The notes beneath the pieces are model-generated. The model made no database searches and was not told where the DNA came from. It saw only the letters and a list, made by a program, of their open reading frames with translations. Shown here one piece after another: positions 21,801 through 28,026 of a DNA stretch of 28,026 bases. Both the position numbers and the translations under genes were made by a program. Position 1 is the stretch's first letter, and every line of letters begins with the position of its first letter. Source of the DNA: Zygophlyctis sp. KS116 (taxonomy: Eukaryota; Fungi; Chytridiomycota); assembly GCA_054661495.1 (NCBI GenBank), contig BAAFSQ010000128.1, forward strand, positions 1-28,026. The letters run 5' to 3'.

Positions 21801-23196
21801 AAGTATTTCGCAAATATATCTTGGTTTCCCTGTTTCTTTTAAGCCAGAGAAGGTGCCTTCATAAGTCTATGATGTTAATAACCGTCTGGACATAGGATTA
21901 GAGGATTGGTTTTGTTATTTAAAATGTTTTATAGAAGTCACATCTATTTTTGAAGACCTCATGTGAGAAAAAAATCATTTGGTCGTTGTATGTCGATAAA
22001 ACACAGGAATTTCTCTTTGATCCTTCTACCCCGAACCAAAAAATTTACAAAGTTGTATATTATTATATGTATTTGTATAGTATGCATTGAAATTCCTTCC
22101 GGGACAGCATCTAATCTTGGCTGGGCTAAATTAGGGGTAGCTAAAAAGGTTTTGGATCTTTTGATCCCAGTCTCACCTGTGTAAAAACAACTGCTATCTC
22201 TACTAAGTGCAAAAATATTACGATGGATAACTGTTTCTAAGGATTAAAATGCAACTTATTAGGTCATGTCCGAGAATTCACGAATGCTAGTAGCTGAAAT
22301 ACTGATTATAGTAGAGATACCAACTCTTAAACCGTGTATATCTGATAGACATCTAACACAATAAGGAAAAGACAACTTTGACTGCTCATCACATTCAGAA
22401 ACAATAATTTTTGAATCTGAGTATATCAATTGATTTCATGACGAGTGCTTTATATCATCAATCCCGAACAGCTGCTGAAGAAGGCCATTCGAGTGCCTGA
22501 TCGACAATTCTTTCAAATAGCAGTGTTCTACATAAGTCTCTTGAAACAACCTTTGGGTTAGAAGACGGATATTTCTGATTTAGAAAACCAACACAATTCT
22601 TAGAAACAAATATTGTAGAATTCTTATAATTCATATAACTCTTCACGGCTCTACTCTCTTTAATAGTCATCAGTCCTCCAAAGTAAGATCGACCAATTTT
22701 CTCTATCTACAAAATTTCAAGATATCAACCTTGGCGAAGCAGACCCAGAATAGGAAATCACCTTGTCCCTGGTAAGCGTTCATCACACCCAAACTTCCAA
22801 TGAGCTAAAAGCTCTTTTAGAGAATGAGGTGAAACCTCTTTTAAAAATACTCCAAGTCTCGAATGAGAGAATTAACTTGCATACTCAATTGAAGAATCCG
22901 GTCTTTATCTGATTCAGAAATTTGATCTAAATTATATATCATAGATGTTTTCCAGAGCGATTCTTTATTCGGATGGGATCCATAATTTCCTATTGCCGAA
23001 TTTGAGGTTAGTCGTCCTGTTACAGTTTGGACGAAAAGTTGTTCTTCTTCGTTATCGAAGAAGAAAGGAATAGAGGATGATATGGATACCGGAGTTTTTT
23101 TGAAAATTATCATACATGTGTCGTCACTTGTATGATGATGATGTAATGTAACTATTTAATATCTAAATTTAGAAATTAGTCAGAAATTTATTATAA

Positions 23197-23800
23197 ATGA
23201 CAAATCTAACTGATCTCCCACTCGAACTGCAAGATGTGATCAAATCATATCTTTCATGGAGGGGCCAAAGAAATTATCATAATGTAAAAAGAGCATTCGC
23301 TTTGGCACAGGTTTAATCGAAGGAAAGTCTCAAGTTAGAAAAGCATTCAAGAGAGCAATTAGAAAAAGAGCAAATGAAAGAATTGTTAAACAGCTCAACA
23401 CATCCTGATGCTGATACTGCAGCTGATGATAATGATGGTATTATAGAGGCTTCTCAAAATGGTTATGTTGAAATTTTCAAAGTTCTTTCGGCTGATCCTA
23501 GAGCTGATCCTTCAGCTGATGATAATTTTGCTATTCGAACTGCATCTTACAATGGTCGGACTAAAGTTGTCAAAGATCTTATTTGTGATGATAGAGTAGA
23601 TTCTGCTGCTAATAATAATGAGGCCATCAGATATTCTTGTAAGAATGGGCATGTGGATATTGTCAAACTTCTTATTTCTGATCCTAGAGTTGAACCTTCA
23701 GTGTTGGATAATTATGCTATTCGGAAGTCTTCTAAGAATGGTCATTTGGAAGTTTGTAAAATCCTTTGTTATGGTCATTTGGAAGTTTGTAAAATTCTTT
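23197..23800 (+). pseudogene. F-box-like plus ankyrin-repeat gene, disrupted
   Basis: MTNLTDLPLELQDVIKSYL (F-box-like) precedes a stop at 23314. Ankyrin repeats follow (DPRADPSADDNFAIRTASYNG, NEAIRYSCKNGHVDIVKLLISDPRV). The 3' end dissolves into tandem duplications. Confidence 0.7.
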
Positions 23801-23910
23801 GTTGCGTATCTCATTCATATCTCATGTTTAATCTCAAGCATGTAAAATCCATTGTTGCATATCTCATTTTGCATATCTCATGTTTAATCTCGAGCATGTA
23901 AAATCCATAT
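23739..23910 (+). repeat. Local tandem duplications
   Basis: TGGTCATTTGGAAGTTTGTAAAAT occurs twice and CATATCTCATGTTTAATCTCRAGCATGTAAAATCCAT occurs twice. Confidence 0.85.
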
Positions 23911-23949
23911 TAAATCTTTATAATCAAACCTATTAAGATCTTTTAAAAC

Positions 23950-24220
23950 AAACCAGTCAAGCAGCTCTATCAAGTCCTTTTTCATTGGCTTTCGCAAGTT
24001 GTCAATAGGGAAGGGTCTCAAAATCCTAGCCCATATCCTGTTATAAGGGTAGGGTATATGCTGTTGCATCTTGATTAATAATATTTAGATCAATTATTTG
24101 CTTTTTAAAGGTTGATCCCTGACATTTGTAATCTGTTATTGCATAATGACATGTTATTGGCACTTGTTGACGTTTTATTCGAAATATCCGTGCTTCGTGA
24201 TTTCCATAAGGTACTTTTTA
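23950..24220 (-). mobile_element. PIF1-family helicase C-terminal fragment (Helitron-type), degenerate
   Basis: A minus-strand frame not listed in the ORF track reads RIKRQQVPITCHYAITDYKCQGSTFKKQIIDL, then ILRPFPIDNLRKPMKKDL after a frameshift. Confidence 0.75.
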
Positions 24221-24818
24221 ACCTCCCTAATGGACCGAAAAAATTTCTCATAGGAGAATTTTCTTATATCATTATATCTATTCAACTCTAATATTATATA
24301 TATATTATACACTTATTATCTTATACTTATAAACTTCTTTTCTATATTTGATTTGAATGATCAACTTTCAACATTCAACTTTCATCTGTTTATGTGAGAG
24401 TTTCAGAGTTCAACTTTCAACTTTCAACTTTCGGAAAATTAATAAACTCTAAATAATGCGCGAATGAATCAATCATCATAGAAATATATTTCAAGTTTTT
24501 CAATTTGTTTATTATAATAAAATCTGTAAATATATCTGATTGATATCTTTTCCTTGTTCTTCTACTTGAAAATTGACATCTTACGCCCGCTCACGCGGAC
24601 GCGCCACTTGGCATTGGAATATATATTATATTGTTGAGTTTCTTTCAGGTGATAGGCAAATCTGGCTAAGAATCGTCCATCTGAAACCAATAGACATAAT
24701 AATATAAGAGATATTCTGGTTCGAGAAAGAAAAGCTGGTCATTTCCAAGTAAAGAATGACCTCTGTAAAGATATCAGTAAAAGACCAGGAGACCTCACTA
24801 TTTGTAGCATAGCTATTT

Positions 24819-27103
24819 TTATTTAAACATTGTATACTTGTCCAAATCGGACCAAGTCCGTGGAAGTTTATTTGACTTCTCCAGTTTTTGAACTGAGATC
24901 TTGTATTTTGAGGCCATCTCTAAACAAATCTTCATGACCTTGAGTTGTTTGATATTATATCGATTATTTTCAAGTTCAAGCCTGAACCAATCAATAAGAC
25001 TGGCCATCTGCACATAATCTTCAAAATCTGATCGACAGGGGGTTAACTGGTTCTGTACGCATGTTTCTTTGGTATATAATTCTGAAAAATCTGTTTGAGC
25101 TTGATCCAATTCAGGTTCTGTCGAATCACTTTGGTTTCAGTAAGAAAAATATACATTTGTTTCATAACATCTTGTAATTTTAAGAAAGGAATTTCATCAC
25201 GTATACAAATTTCAGAAACGAAATGAGGCATATCCAGCTCTTTTGTTAGATGAGGACAAAGAAAATAATTGGACTGAATAAAATCTATACAGCTGCACAC
25301 CCAGCTTATTTGATTCGTAAAACATCCTGCGTTTTGATTTTTTTGAATCAGTGAGTTCCATTCTCGAAGAAATATATTAAACCATAAAGGAGTTCGCCGT
25401 CCAATCTGGGTTTGTTTGAATTTTAATGCAAATGACGGCAAGAGCCATCTGCACATTATGATAATACATGTGTTTAAATTCTAGTATTAAAAAATTTAAA
25501 TTACAGGCCTGCCAAAATTTGAGAAAAAATCCCGCTTCAATATTCGGTAGTGAGACTCAGCAAACATTGAAGTTCTGTACCTACAGATAAATTTCTCTTG
25601 AGCTGCGCGCATCCATAATTTGCAGTTCTCCATATCATACCATTCTTTCCACAGATAAATCAGTGCATCTAAAAACATATTTTTACAACAATATTCTCTC
25701 ATTTCCTTCCAGGATTCGTCTCGAATCTCTTTAAAAGAAGAATTTCTACCATTTTCATCAGGTATTAAGGGGTGTCTAAGAAAGTGCCTTTTCACCATTT
25801 CCACGATATTGCTGATTTCTTTTTTAGAAGGAACTTGAATGCGATCAATTAATTGAGTATTTAGAAGAATTTGCTTCAAATCATCGTCTAAATTTCTGCA
25901 TGTAAATATATGAGATAATACCTTATAAATTCAGATTTTTTCACATTTTTTGGCTCTGAGAGCCGTCTTTTAACTGCTTTAAGTACATGCCACAAACATA
26001 AAGAAATGGTAGCATCTGACCATACATTTCGTGCCGCCCAAATTTGACCTCGGTCTTTATCCATTTTTATAAATAATGGCCTAATATTCCTTTCATATAA
26101 ATTCAAAAACCTAATATATCATAGTGAATAAATTACCATTCTTTAATAGCGATTTTTCTGTCATAAGCCTGTGAATTTCGGTCCAAGTACAAATAACTCG
26201 CAGGATAACCCTCTCCTTCAAACAGTAGAATTAAAGCGAATAGTTCTAACCCCTCCCGATTGGATTTGAAAGTAGAATCAACAAATATGTATCTGCAATC
26301 AAATCCTAAAAATTCCGTATGAAAACAAACATGTTTTTGAGGAATGTTCAATATTATATCTTGGTAATTACACCTTTGTAGAGCATCCTGAAAAGAGTCC
26401 ATAGAATTAAGCCCATTTATTTTTGACCAGATGTAAGAAATCTAATGAGTTATACCAAAAAAAGTAACATACTTGCTTAATAGTGAGGCTCAAAAGCCGA
26501 TCTGGACCTTCCTTGGCTTTAAGCTCTCTAAATATTTGAGCAGGAGTTGAGGTGAGACTCATTTTTTCTATCATACAAATCAATTCATCATCCAACGTCC
26601 TCTTTACTGTGGGGTGATCAATATCGTGTCGTATCATCACAGAGATATAGGTTTCATTTAAGTGGACGTATAAACATCCATTGCATGAATATCTCTCATA
26701 TCCAAAGTTCAGTCTCTGGCGTTTAGTAGGCCCCTTTCCCTTAAATTCTATAGAAAGACTGCATTTTCCATAATAATGACAAGCAATAGATTTATCACAT
26801 CTAAAAGGTAAATGTTCTTGAAATATACCTAAATTTTAATCCAGTTTTTTCAAAAATGAGATCAGAAGTATCACTGCAGAATTCCTCAAATGTGTAATCA
26901 TCAGTAATGCCGTCATTTGGCATTAAAATGTAGGAGAGCGGTAGTACTTCAAGTGACTGAAGCTCATCCAAATCATCAATTGTGAACAGTTGACTCGATA
27001 GACGTGGCTTCTTCAAACATTTGAAGCATAGTTTATTGAGATTCCCTGATTCATTTAAGTGATCAATGGGTAGAGTAAAACGGTCGCATTTGTGGCAGTA
27101 CAT
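24819..27103 (-). mobile_element. Apparently intact Mutator-like (MULE) DDE transposase with SWIM finger, ~707 aa. Introns at 26801-26828, 26442-26472, 26111-26136, 25896-25921, 25481-25504 and 25129-25154.
   Basis: FVDSTFKSN (D1), KMDKDRGQ (D2), LCLWHVLKA, RTSMFAESHYRILK (E) and WVCSCIDFIQSNYFLCPHL (SWIM). Six GT-AG introns of 28, 31, 26, 26, 24 and 26 nt give a continuous 2124-nt frame. Confidence 0.88.
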
Positions 27104-27110
27104 AAAAAAT

Positions 27111-28026
27111 TTATTTTGAAGGCACCAACCCCTTATTTAATCTAAATAAATTAAATCTCGCTCTCCCTTGAGCAGTAGATAAAATATTGTCCAGTGGATT
27201 TATCTTTAGAGTATATAGCTCTTTTCCCGAGTTCCTGTTTGAAGCAGATAAAGTGACTTCGACCTCTCCAAATTCAACAATTTCCATCAATTTGAATATT
27301 TTTTTGATGTCATCTTCATCACGAAGAATCTTCGATCTAAGAATGTCTGAAATGGAAAAAAAATTTCCTTTGAGATACATAATCCTAATCTTATGCAAAT
27401 GAAATGCTACCTTTGTACAATAGAAACCACCGGAGGTGGAGGATGGATTGCCAAAGCTTCCAGGTCCTCTTCAGGCATTGGTTGAGGTGTCTCTAAAACT
27501 CCATCCTTTAATATTATTCTAAATTATAACTGAAACATATTTACCTTTGCCGCATAAAATATTCTCCAAGATTTAGAGCCTTATCAACGATAGCAGGATT
27601 AATGGCCAGAAGAATATTTTCATCGCATAAAGCCTTTTATTTAGAGTTAATAATCACCTCTTCAATTATGTGAAGAACAGCAGAAAGCCTCAATACTGTG
27701 CCCGGTAGTTTAGCATATTCTCCTACATAGTGTTCATCAGTGTTTTGCTTCTTTTTTGAATTAATTAGATTATAGACGTTATCAAAGCCATAGTTTTCAA
27801 AATAAAAAAAAACTTTTTTTGGATCTTCCTTAAATGTAAAAATTTTTAAATATACCTGAGAAGAATAATCAATGAACCTTATTTTTGAATGAAAAAATTT
27901 AAAGACTCTCAAATAAAAGTCTTTGGTTAATTTTAATAAATTACCAAAAAGAATTTTGGATTCAAATCGATTTTTACGAATTTGATCAAGAGTTATACAT
28001 TCAGAATTAAAACACGTAGGAATAAA
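27111..28026 (-). CDS. DUF3987/YfjI-like protein, 3' part (runs off the window). Introns at 27634-27657, 27519-27544 and 27385-27410; possible in-frame introns at 27829-27855 and 27921-27944.
   Basis: The spliced product reads YAKLPGTVLRLSAVLHIIEEALCDENILLAINPAIVDKALNLGEYFMRQR, then a Pro-rich linker and a winged-helix-like tail. This resembles the C-terminal part of DUF3987 proteins. The ATPase motifs would lie outside the window. Confidence 0.6.

Noticed and set aside
13609-22184. Small ORFs in the TE region (13609, 14032, 15604, 17435, 17844, 18775, 21963)
   Set aside because: They are antisense to TE relics or low-complexity, with no coding evidence.
24340-24435. TCAACTT repeats as the MULE terminal inverted repeat
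   Set aside because: Plausible subterminal repeats, but the opposite end lies outside the window so no TIR or TSD can be shown.

Overview
AT-rich eukaryotic (fungal) DNA. Zn(II)2Cys6 factors, a DUF4436-like gene and DPR(V/A)DPS-type ankyrins suggest an early-diverging fungus such as a chytrid; the lineage is an inference. The fragmented ORF track is largely explained by ultra-short GT-AG introns, mostly 24-32 nt, whose removal restores reading frames in every intact gene. Positions 1-12951 are very gene-dense. They hold two paralogs built from an unrecognised ~150-aa domain (4 copies and 1 copy, one exon per domain), two tandem Zn2Cys6 genes sharing a ~1.06-kb near-identical tract, a DUF4436-like membrane protein, a third Zn2Cys6 gene, PWP1 and a 1-Cys peroxiredoxin. 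Positions ~13000-24400 are mostly decayed elements: Ty3/Gypsy, several hAT fragments, a Helitron-type PIF1 fragment, a tRNA-Leu-like relic, a 45-bp perfect palindrome, a frameshifted HNH-like gene and an F-box/ankyrin relic. Positions 24819-28026 (minus strand) hold an apparently intact Mutator-like (MULE/SWIM) transposase of ~707 aa with six tiny introns. It starts only 7 bp after the stop of a spliced gene resembling DUF3987/YfjI AAA+ helicase-like proteins, making this a candidate undescribed two-gene mobile element.
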